A stretch of DNA of 59,949 nt, the filler included, from Nanobdellati archaeon (GTDB taxonomy: Archaea; Nanobdellota; Nanobdellia; Woesearchaeales; JAADFO01): NCBI GenBank assembly GCA_013152815.1. It is 5 parts of 5 records of this genome, joined end to end, with 100 filler letters (N's around TTAATTAATTAA, not from the genome) between each part and the next. Parts side by side here need not be neighbours in the genome. Positions count along the whole stretch, not along the records: positions 16,980 to 32,807 come from JAADFO010000059.1; positions 32,908 to 48,705 come from JAADFO010000064.1; 3 more parts are not named here. One strand, 5' to 3'. A program made the translations under genes and the position numbers. Below, in pieces: positions 28,230 to 35,975 of the stretch (its first letter is position 1; each line of letters begins with the position of its first letter). A model generated the notes under the pieces. It did no database searches, was not told where the DNA came from, and saw only the letters and a program-made list of their open reading frames with translations.

Positions 28230-28231
28230 TA

Positions 28232-28249
28232 TAATTATACGTATAATTA
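28232..28249. promoter_or_regulatory. Perfect 18-bp palindrome TAATTATACGTATAATTA, putative TA autorepression operator
   Basis: Lies between the minus-strand TATA (about 28253-28262) and the antitoxin start. Confidence 0.7.
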
Positions 28250-28307
28250 ATTCTTTATATAGTTTTTGGCAACACTCCCGTAAAGCCGACGAAGGAAGTG
28301 GAAGAAC

Positions 28308-29504
28308 TCAGCGTTTCCTCGGATAGATCCTCTGCACCTCATCCTCGTGGGAGAATCTCCTTATCGTCTTCTTGATATCTTCTGACCATTCAGGGGATCC
28401 CATCTTCCGAGAGAGGGCGAAGGTGTCCAGGTCCGATACCTCATTGTACTTTCCAAGGGCCTTGACGGTCATCTTCAATTCTTCGAAATCAGGGTCTCTC
28501 TTACCCGGGAACTTATGGACCTTCATGGACCATAATTTGAGCTTGACATCAGAACCGATGACCGTGTCTACCTTATGCTGCTTTCCGAAAAGGAAAAGGT
28601 CGTCCCTTACTTTTGCCTTCTGCTGCTCCAGGGCAGCTATCTTTTCCGAGAGCTGGTCATATTCATTCGCAAGCCTCACACCATCATCCTTGAGGAAGTC
28701 CTCTACAGGTTTATCTTCCACCGACAATTCATGTTTCCACGCAGGACAGATAGGCTTGAAAGCACACCAGCTGCAGAGCGCAGAGGTCTTCGGCTTGAAT
28801 TCGGTCTCCTGCTCGACATCTTTGATCAGGGCGAGGATGTCTTTTTTCAGCTCTGCAAGCTGCTCATCGGACCGCTCAGAGACGATCTCCTTGTCGAACT
28901 GGAGATAATGCCAGATGAGACGGACCTTCTTCGCGTCCTTGTACTGATCTCTCACCCAGAGCGAATAGAGGGCGAGCTGCCGGTCTGCATCTGCCTTCTC
29001 CTGCGTCGGCAGGGTATTGGAGGTCTTGTAGTCATGGATCTCATAGACGCCGTCGCCGGCATCGGCAAGACGGTCGATGCGGATATGCATCTTGTAGTTG
29101 TCGTCGAGCGGATAGAAATCCTGGTTCTCCAGGGCGATGGTCCGTGCCTGGTCGAAGGGCTGATAATGGTTGTAGTAGTCCCGGATCATACGCAGGCCGG
29201 TCTTCCGGTAGTCCTCTGCTGACAGTTCATCTCTCACGATGAGGATACCGTCGCTCCATTCCTTGTCCCATGCCTTGTTGTAGAAGTCGAAGAGCTCCTG
29301 CAAGGTGAGAAGCTTCTCGAACATGAGCCGTTTGTAGAGCAGCTCCAAAGTATCGTGGACACGGCTGCCCATGAAGGCCTCGACCGTGTTCTCGATCTCG
29401 GTCTCGATGTGGTCGATGTACTTGTACTTGTAGGAGAGCCTGCAGTTCTCGAACGTTCCCAGCCGGGAATGGGAATAGGATTTCAGGGAGGATGTGAAGG
29501 ACAT
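28308..29504 (-). CDS. PD-(D/E)XK nuclease family protein (RecB/AddB/Cas4-like, probable 4Fe-4S)
   Basis: YSHSRL..FENC, GSRVHDTLE, IDRL, IHDYKT, QLALY, CSWCAFKPICP, plus a C-terminal extension. Confidence 0.88.
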   Translation of the reverse strand: MSFTSSLKSYSHSRLGTFENCRLSYKYKYIDHIETEIENTVEAFMGSRVHDTLELLYKRLMFEKLLTLQELFDFYNKAWDKEWSDGILIVRDELSAEDYRKTGLRMIRDYYNHYQPFDQARTIALENQDFYPLDDNYKMHIRIDRLADAGDGVYEIHDYKTSNTLPTQEKADADRQLALYSLWVRDQYKDAKKVRLIWHYLQFDKEIVSERSDEQLAELKKDILALIKDVEQETEFKPKTSALCSWCAFKPICPAWKHELSVEDKPVEDFLKDDGVRLANEYDQLSEKIAALEQQKAKVRDDLFLFGKQHKVDTVIGSDVKLKLWSMKVHKFPGKRDPDFEELKMTVKALGKYNEVSDLDTFALSRKMGSPEWSEDIKKTIRRFSHEDEVQRIYPRKR

Positions 29505-29652
29505 GAAAAGGAGACAGAACAGGGCATTTTTATAGGTTATGTGGCTTTGTCCAGTGGAGTGTGTTCGTGTGGGAAAGAGAAAGCATTAAATATACCTAAC
29601 AATATATTAGAAATACATAACAGAAATAATATAGATAGAGCAGAATCGTCTT

Positions 29653-29874
29653 ATGAACATGAAGAACAGGATGAGGATGGTCAACAAGGTCCGCCTGTAC
29701 AGGACCTATTACCAGTGGACCCAGCAGGAACTTGCAGAAAGAGTGGGGGTGAGACGGGAAACCATCCTTTTTTTGGAAAAAGGTAAATATAACCCTTCGC
29801 TCTATCTTGCGTGGGAGCTGGCCAGGACCTTCAGGGTGAAGATAGAGGACCTGTTCGATCTCATAGAGAGGTGA
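29653..29874 (+). CDS. XRE family HTH transcriptional regulator
   Basis: TQQELAERVGVRRETILFLEKGKYNPSL. Exact start uncertain (several ATGs). Confidence 0.9.
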   Translation: MNMKNRMRMVNKVRLYRTYYQWTQQELAERVGVRRETILFLEKGKYNPSLYLAWELARTFRVKIEDLFDLIER

Positions 29875-29878
29875 GAAC

Positions 29879-30067
29879 ATGGAAAAGAACGTCGGAAACA
29901 TCGACAGGAACATCAGATACGTCATCTCGGCATTGCTGCTGGCCTATGGATTCTATTACTGGATATGGTGGATCATCGTCATCGGCGGGGTGCTGCTCTT
30001 GACCGCAATCCTGGGCTACTGCGGACCCTACAAGCTGCTCGGCATCGACACGAACAAGAAGAGGTGA
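29879..30067 (+). CDS. DUF2892 (YgaP-like) small membrane protein
   Basis: MEKNVGNIDRNIR ... TAILGYCGPYKLLGIDT. Confidence 0.88.
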   Translation: MEKNVGNIDRNIRYVISALLLAYGFYYWIWWIIVIGGVLLLTAILGYCGPYKLLGIDTNKKR

Positions 30068-30080
30068 GTTCCCTAGCTTG

Positions 30081-30833
30081 TCAGGAAAAAAGATCAAGCT
30101 GACCAGCGTTCTTTTCTTTTTTGTATTCCGAAAAGATCTGCGGATTCTTCACCGAGAACTGGACGATGTCCTTGTTCCCGTCGACATCATAACGCAGATG
30201 AGGGAATTCCTGATAGATGGTCTTCTCGAGGTTGATGATTCCTGAACCGTTCTGCTTCTCAAATCCGAGGAGTACGGGAACATCATCTTCAAGGCCCATG
30301 CCTGGATCAAACTGCTGCAAGACCATGATCACATCGGCTATCTCCTTTTTCTGTTCTGAGAAGTCATCGTATTGCAGATAGATGATACGGTGAGGGAGCA
30401 TGGTCGATATACGGATGTTCTTGTCCATCAGGATGACAGCCATCCTGTTGTACCTCGCGGCTTTTTCTAGCTCATCACCAACGCCCGTTGATGGAAGAAT
30501 GTTGTGACCAACGAAATAACGGTTCTGCAGGATTTTCAGCGTATCTCCTCGATGGACATCGGTATGAGGGATGTGCGGGTTCTCATAGGGAGAAAGCTTG
30601 TCCTTCGCCGGATCATGAGCAATGATACCAAGAGGCAACAAAACATCGTTGATCAGGATGTCCTGGCGAGACTGTAGGTATTTCCTGATCTTTTTTGGAG
30701 CGCTGGTAAGCGCTATGGGTGCATAGGCACCCTGAGGATTCTCTTTCACCGGATTGATGCCATCAATGTTCAGCTGCTCCTGGAGATAGGCCTTCCGCTG
30801 TTCAGGATCCATCAGTACGATAATCTTTCCCAT
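30081..30833 (-). CDS. Hypothetical protein with nucleoside 2-deoxyribosyltransferase-like motif
   Basis: PSTGVGDELEKA resembles the NDT/DNPH1 S.GV..E motif. TTTTAAA box about 24 nt before ATG 30833. Confidence 0.55.
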   Translation of the reverse strand: MGKIIVLMDPEQRKAYLQEQLNIDGINPVKENPQGAYAPIALTSAPKKIRKYLQSRQDILINDVLLPLGIIAHDPAKDKLSPYENPHIPHTDVHRGDTLKILQNRYFVGHNILPSTGVGDELEKAARYNRMAVILMDKNIRISTMLPHRIIYLQYDDFSEQKKEIADVIMVLQQFDPGMGLEDDVPVLLGFEKQNGSGIINLEKTIYQEFPHLRYDVDGNKDIVQFSVKNPQIFSEYKKEKNAGQLDLFS

Positions 30834-30881
30834 AAGCTTGTTGAATCTCGACCAGTTTAAAAGCATTTATCTGGAAGAAAC

Positions 30882-30902
30882 TATAGCTCACGCTATCTCT
30901 TG
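30882..30902 (-). repeat. Hairpin repeat copy A (minus strand CAAGAGATAGC-GTGA-GCTATA)
   Basis: 19/21 identical to 31909-31929. Its 13-bp core is identical to 32118-32130. Confidence 0.85.
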
Positions 30903-30948
30903 AAAAATACCTCCCAGAGTACACTTCGCTAAGAAAGAGAACCCGCAT

Positions 30949-31866
30949 TCATGGTTCAATGTCAGTAATAAGCGTTCCTTTCATATACTCAAAACTCCCT
31001 GTTCGTATGAGAGTATAGTTCAAGTAGAGTACCCCCTTTATCCTGGAGCCTTCCATGCCGGCCTCCAGATTCTCACAAACGGCATGGACTAGTTGCTCTT
31101 CTCCTGCAAGCAGGGTCTCAGCTAGCCTGTTATTACTGCAGTCTACATGTTTCGCATCATCCTTAAACATCAAAGAATTTATATGAATATCTTCCCCTAA
31201 GCCATTTGATAGTTTAAGATTCAATCCTGATTGGATGCGTCCATCTCCAGAGATTTGAAGGACATGATCAGAGCAAACTATCCCCGTAGAGAAAGCGCAG
31301 TTACTAATCCCCCGACAAACATCAGGATCAACAATTTCTTTAATGAATGTTGCCAGAATAATGATGATTATCAGAAGAGATATAATCACTGCTAAAGAGA
31401 TTCTTCTTGTTCGTATAGATGAGACAACATGCCATGCTGCCAGAGAAAGCATCAGAGTAAAAACGACGAATACAGGATAATAGAAAGGGAAGAAATCACT
31501 TGTAAGCCCCCATTGTGTAAGGAGTAAAGACCCGAATATGATTGACAGGATGGGCATCGCATACCACAGACGTCGTTTGTCTGCTTGATCAAACCGCTTT
31601 GGTCTGAACAGATAGGTTACAGGTACAACAAAGAGCAAGAAAACAACGGGAAGATACCTAGAAAGAACATAATGGAAGATAAGATACGATACTAAAAAAA
31701 CACAAAACACCATGAAGGAGATAGCAAGAAACAAATTATACCAAAGATTAACCTTAACAAGCTCTTTTCGTGAACGATTCAGAAAAGAGAAGACATCAAG
31801 ATAGACAAGGAGCAGAAGGAAAAAAGCCGCCAAGGGCAATAGTTCAAAATGAGTCACTTGACACAT
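30949..31866 (-). CDS. Multi-TM membrane protein with C-terminal Cys-containing extracellular domain
   Basis: About six TM segments then CAFSTGIVCSD...LSNGLGEDIHI. Start moved to 31866 because the longer ORF overlaps tnpA and a TATTTAAA box sits 23 nt upstream. Confidence 0.7.
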   Translation of the reverse strand: MCQVTHFELLPLAAFFLLLLVYLDVFSFLNRSRKELVKVNLWYNLFLAISFMVFCVFLVSYLIFHYVLSRYLPVVFLLFVVPVTYLFRPKRFDQADKRRLWYAMPILSIIFGSLLLTQWGLTSDFFPFYYPVFVVFTLMLSLAAWHVVSSIRTRRISLAVIISLLIIIIILATFIKEIVDPDVCRGISNCAFSTGIVCSDHVLQISGDGRIQSGLNLKLSNGLGEDIHINSLMFKDDAKHVDCSNNRLAETLLAGEEQLVHAVCENLEAGMEGSRIKGVLYLNYTLIRTGSFEYMKGTLITDIEP

Positions 31867-32095
31867 AGACCAGCAAAAGAGAGCATAATTTAAATAGATT
31901 TCGTCCAATATAGCTCGCGCTACCTCTTGCTTTAGCTGATGAAAAAGAATCATAACGAAGCACGGCTTCGTTAAGGATTGCTTCGCAATCAGCCTTGGCC
32001 CAAGGAAACTTGAAGCAATCCCGCGCATACTTTGGCTTCCACACTAAATGAAAGCTGTTTTGACCCACAGAATGTGAATGATTCGTCGTTTCCAT
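31844..32095 (-). pseudogene. tnpA: Truncated IS200/IS605 family transposase TnpA (N-terminal ~48 aa)
   Basis: HSVGQNSFHLVWKPKYA matches the Y1 transposase start. Similarity ends near 31950 (EAVLRY), before the HUH motif and catalytic Tyr. Confidence 0.8.
31909..31929 (-). repeat. Hairpin repeat copy B (minus strand CAAGAGGTAGC-GCGA-GCTATA)
   Basis: 19/21 identical to copy A, and both differences preserve the hairpin. Confidence 0.85.
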
Positions 32096-32256
32096 CGTTC
32101 GACCCTCCAAGCGAACGATAGCTCACGCTAACATGTGGAATGTTAGTGCGTGGCGCAAAAATTCGTTCGCCACGCATTTTATACTCTCAAAGAAGAAAAA
32201 AGAGAAAAAAGTATTGGATGCTTACGCATCCATCGGCCTAAAGGCCCAGGGTATTA
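32093..32256 (-). mobile_element. Hairpin-rich putative left end of the IS200/IS605 element, including repeat core copy C (32118-32130)
   Basis: ATCGTTCG/CGAACGAT stem enclosing the tnpA SD, TGCGTGGCG/CGCCACGCA (32147-32176), GGATGC-TTAC-GCATCC (32216-32231), GGCC-TAAA-GGCC (32235-32246). Confidence 0.6.
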
Positions 32257-32327
32257 TGAAGATTTAATAAAAAACCAGACAGTTTCAATAAGTCTTAAAA
32301 ACGAGAAGACATATTTGTTTAATAAAT

Positions 32328-32807
32328 ATGATGAAACTGACAATAAAAGAGATGCAGAGTCTTGCAAAATTTAGGGGAGGTAAGTGTTTATCTAAGGAAT
32401 ATATTGATGGCAAAACAAATCTAGAATGGAAATGTAAAAAAGGACATACATGGAAAGCTACGCCAAACAATGTCAAAAGAGGTACCTGGTGTCCTTATTG
32501 TGCAAACACTGTAAAATCTTCTATTGAAGAAATGCATAAACTTGCTAAAAATAGATCAGGTAGATGTTTATCAAGAAAATATATTAATTCTAAGACTAAA
32601 TTGAAGTGGCAATGCATAAACGGGCATATTTGGATGGCTATCCCCAGTGATTTAAAGCAGGGTCAATGGTGCCCTCGTTGTTCTGGTAATGCAAAAGGGG
32701 ATATTGAATCCATGAAACAATTAGCAAAGGAAAGAAACGGAAAATGTATTTCTAGAAATTATATCAATGCCAGAACTAAATTAAAATGGCAGTGTGAAAA
32801 AGGGCAT
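32328..32807 (+). CDS. Tandem zinc-ribbon repeat protein (partial)
   Basis: Three ~57-aa repeats of G.CLS..YI...T.L.W.C..GH.W.A.P.....G.WCP.C, the third cut by the contig end. Very AT-rich. Confidence 0.85.
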
Positions 32808-32907
32808 NNNNNNNNNNNNNNNNNNNNNNNNNNNNNNNNNNNNNNNNNNNNTTAATTAATTAANNNNNNNNNNNNNNNNNNNNNNNNNNNNNNNNNNNNN
32901 NNNNNNN
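32808..32907. other. Artificial contig linker
   Basis: N44-TTAATTAATTAA-N44. Confidence 0.97.
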
Positions 32908-32994
32908 CACGAGATGGAGAATGCCGCTGATCTCTCCGTGCCCATGAGGGTCGAGATCGGCTGCGGAAGGAACTGGGCCGAGGCGCACAGTTAG
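32908..32994 (+). CDS. polA: DNA polymerase I, extreme C-terminus (bacterial)
   Basis: Manual translation HEMENAADLSVPMRVEIGCGRNWAEAHS*, matching the PolA ending (ME.A..L.VP..V..G.G.NW.EAH). Confidence 0.88.
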   Translation, partial: HEMENAADLSVPMRVEIGCGRNWAEAHS

Positions 32995-33002
32995 CCGCGG
33001 TG

Positions 33003-33032
33003 TTGACATGCAATACCATGTTGTGTTATCAC
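33003..33032 (+). promoter_or_regulatory. Bacterial sigma70-type promoter upstream of the tRNA
   Basis: Consensus TTGACA at 33003-33008 and an imperfect -10 (TTATCAC) 17-18 nt later. Confidence 0.5.
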
Positions 33033-33115
33033 ATACAGAGGTGAAAGGGTGAGACGTGTTGTTCCTGCTCCCTTAACCAGCAACACGGCACCATATCAGC
33101 AGTAAATAAATACGT

Positions 33116-33191
33116 GGGCGGATAGCTCAGTCGGGAGAGCGCAGCCCTTACAAGGCTGAGGTCACAGGTTCGATCCCTGTTCCGCCTACCA
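33116..33191 (+). tRNA. tRNA-Val(TAC) with encoded CCA
   Basis: GGGCGGA TAGCTCAGTCGGGAGAGC G CAGCC CT TAC AA GGCTG AGGTC ACAGG TTCGATC CCTGT TCCGCCT A CCA, 76 nt. Confidence 0.96.
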
Positions 33192-33419
33192 GTATGTATA
33201 GAGTCAGTATCCTCTCCTTTGTCTTAAAGAAGATCGAAAACAGAACATCGACATAGAAGTGTTTTAATGTGTATGAATTAATCATACAGGTTTGTCTGCA
33301 GCAGTATTTGGGGCGGTTACATCTCGAGGGGCAACAATCTACTTCGATTGCATGTCATGTAATTGAGAAAGCGGAGCAGTGTCCGAGGACGGATGGCTCA
33401 GCTCCTGCCTGCCTAAGCC

Positions 33420-35006
33420 ATGATAGAGAACAATTCCTCCGATTTCGATCTGAAACGTTACCTTGCAGTAATAAGGAAACGGAGATACCCTGCTCTTCTG
33501 GCTGCACTCGTAATAGCTTCCATCTTTACGTGGGGCAGCTTCTTATGGCCTGAGTCCTATGAGGCTGATTCCACTGTCTTCATAGAGAGCGGTTCGCTTA
33601 TGGCTCCACTGCTCGAAGGTGTCGGTGTTCCCGGCAGGATGGGGGAGAGATTGAGGAACCTCAGCGATGGAATCAAGTCACGCAACATAATCGACCGTGT
33701 CATAAAGGACCTTGATCTGGACGTAGACATACAGACTCCCGACCAATATGACGGTCTTGTAAAAAAGATAATACAGAACCTGTCGGTCACATTGACAACA
33801 GACAAATCTCGCAGGTCGATCGTCGGTTTCAAGGTATCATACACTGGCAGGGATCCAGAAACAGTAAGGGATTTAGTAAACACCATCGTGACCGAATACA
33901 TTGAGGAGAACCTGAAGTATACAAGAACGGACGCTTACGAGGTCTACGAGTTTATAAGAGGACAACTCATGGATTACAAGAAGAAACTGGAAGAATCCGA
34001 CGGGGCTATCAGGGCATTCAGGGAGCGGAATCCTAACATGATTCCACAGAATGAGGCCACGATACTGGCAAGACTGGACAAGTTCCAGACCGACAGGATA
34101 GCCACAGAGATCAGGCTGAGAGAACTCGTAAAGAAGAGCGAGAGCCTCCGGAAACAACTGTCCGGAGAAAAAGAGCTTACCGTGGCCTTTGTATCCAAGG
34201 AAGGCACCTCTCAGGACAAGTTGACTTATCTCAACAACCAGCTCGTGCAACTGTTGACGAAATATACGGAAAACTATCCTGAGGTCATCAAGCTGAAGGC
34301 CGAGATCGAAGCGCTCAAGAGAGAATTATCACGGCAAACCCTTAAGGCGCGCAGAGAGCCGGGCACAGGTGAGGCGAGTATCGAGACCTCGGCCCTGAAT
34401 CCCATATACCAATCATTGAAAGAGGAGCTCGCAAAGACAGACGCCGAGATAGCGTCCCTGAGGGAAAGATCCGCAGAACTGTTGAGGCAGCAGAAGATGA
34501 CCCAGGAGATCCTCGGGCGCATGCCGAAAGAGCAGGAGGAGTGGGCGAGGCTTCAGCGAGACCGTAACGTGTATCAGAAGATATATGACGACTTGCTGGT
34601 GAAGCTGCAGAACGCCCGGGTTTCAAAGGATATCCAGTTTTCCAACAAAGCGACAAACTTCCGGGTGGTTGATCCCGCAACCCTTCCACTGTATCCTGTA
34701 AAACCCAACAGGGTGAAGATGATAGTGCTCGGGATATTCCTGGGGCTTGCATCCGGAATCGCGATTGCATTTATCCTTGAGAGTATTACAGGGACCTTCA
34801 AGGATGAGAACTCGATCGAACAGAAGCTGAAGGTGCCGGTTCTTGTCTCTATCCCGAAGATACTTTCAGAATCGGAGAGATCGAGGATAAAAAGGAAAGA
34901 CATCAGGGTTTTCAGCGCAGCAGGTCTTTATTTCCTGATTATACTGCTGTTTCTGGTGGAAGAGATCCTCTACAAATATACAGGGACGAGGTTTGTCGGT
35001 TTCTGA
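33420..35006 (+). CDS. Polysaccharide chain length determinant (Wzz/Wzc N-part, exosortase system type)
   Basis: Two flanking TMs, long coiled coil, KYTENYPEVI, FRVVDPATLP..PVKPNR. Confidence 0.88.
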   Translation: MIENNSSDFDLKRYLAVIRKRRYPALLAALVIASIFTWGSFLWPESYEADSTVFIESGSLMAPLLEGVGVPGRMGERLRNLSDGIKSRNIIDRVIKDLDLDVDIQTPDQYDGLVKKIIQNLSVTLTTDKSRRSIVGFKVSYTGRDPETVRDLVNTIVTEYIEENLKYTRTDAYEVYEFIRGQLMDYKKKLEESDGAIRAFRERNPNMIPQNEATILARLDKFQTDRIATEIRLRELVKKSESLRKQLSGEKELTVAFVSKEGTSQDKLTYLNNQLVQLLTKYTENYPEVIKLKAEIEALKRELSRQTLKARREPGTGEASIETSALNPIYQSLKEELAKTDAEIASLRERSAELLRQQKMTQEILGRMPKEQEEWARLQRDRNVYQKIYDDLLVKLQNARVSKDIQFSNKATNFRVVDPATLPLYPVKPNRVKMIVLGIFLGLASGIAIAFILESITGTFKDENSIEQKLKVPVLVSIPKILSESERSRIKRKDIRVFSAAGLYFLIILLFLVEEILYKYTGTRFVGF

Positions 35007-35026
35007 TCCGGCGTGGTGAATATCCG

Positions 35027-35854
35027 ATGAGCCGTATTGAAAGAGCCATGGACAAGGCAGCAAGGATACGGGAGTCCGGTGAGCGGTCCTTTTCCATGGA
35101 AAAAGAAGTGCCTCTTGTTCACAGCAGGCAGTTAGTGCGTGATATAGCCGAGATTTCAATAGACAAGACATCGGCTCATGAATGCATCGTCTCCCTGACA
35201 GAGCCCAAGTCCATGGCTGCCGAACAATACAGGCAACTGCGAGCCAGAATCCTGAAGGCCTTCGATAAGGTGTCCCCTGTCGATACCATTATGATCACAA
35301 GTTCAGACAGGAAAGAGGGTAAGACTGTAACCGCAATAAACCTTGCTGTTATAATGGCAAGTGTGGCTGACTATCCGGTGGTTCTGGTCGATGCAGACCT
35401 GAGAAACCCTTCCATGCACCTTTATCTTGGTATTGAACCCAAGTATGGTCTGAGGGATTACCTTACGGGTGATGCAAGCCTTTCTGCCATACTGAGAAAG
35501 ACGGGCATCGGTAGTCTTGTTCTTCTGCCGGGAAGCATGCCTGCTGAAAATCCAGCCGAACTTCTTTCGTCAGAGAAGATGAAGCATCTTGTTCACGAAC
35601 TGAAGGCCATGTTCAGAGGCGGATACGTGATATTTGATTCGTCACCCGTGCTTTTGTCAGCAGACCCACTGTCGCTGAGCAGGCTGATGGACAGCATCAT
35701 ATTCATAATACATGCAGACGTTACCACAGAGAAGAACGCCGCTCAGGCCATGTCTTTAATCAGGGGGTGCAAGATCCTGGGTGTCGTATACAATGACGTG
35801 CAGTTCATGTCGGTAGAAAAACCATATCCTCGCTGCTCGCCTCACGAAAAATAA
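35027..35854 (+). CDS. CpsD/CapB-type tyrosine-protein kinase
   Basis: MSRIERAMDKA start, AEQYRQLR, EGKT, LVDADLRNP, IFDSSP. Confidence 0.88.
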   Translation: MSRIERAMDKAARIRESGERSFSMEKEVPLVHSRQLVRDIAEISIDKTSAHECIVSLTEPKSMAAEQYRQLRARILKAFDKVSPVDTIMITSSDRKEGKTVTAINLAVIMASVADYPVVLVDADLRNPSMHLYLGIEPKYGLRDYLTGDASLSAILRKTGIGSLVLLPGSMPAENPAELLSSEKMKHLVHELKAMFRGGYVIFDSSPVLLSADPLSLSRLMDSIIFIIHADVTTEKNAAQAMSLIRGCKILGVVYNDVQFMSVEKPYPRCSPHEK

Positions 35855-35975
35855 TTTCTGAATACATACACGGCTTGATTATGGGGTATAGTGTCCGGGT
35901 TGGTTCGGGACCTTATAGCCATGCCGGTATGTAATATCAGAGGCAGGAAATCAATAAGTGCTCAGGAGGGGTGTC

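Noticed and set aside
28308..29504. CRISPR-associated Cas4
   Set aside because: No cas1, cas2 or array nearby and the protein is much longer than Cas4, so it is treated as a stand-alone nuclease
30882..32130. Classical integron attC sites
   Set aside because: No RYYYAAC/GTTRRRY box architecture and no IntI gene in the window
33121..33130. GATAGCTCAG as a fourth copy of the hairpin repeat
   Set aside because: It is the D-arm of the bacterial tRNA-Val and lacks the CGCTA half
32328..33420. Horizontal transfer of the bacterial EPS cluster into the archaeon via the neighbouring IS
   Set aside because: The adjacency is across an artificial linker, and the bacterial piece begins with housekeeping polA and a tRNA
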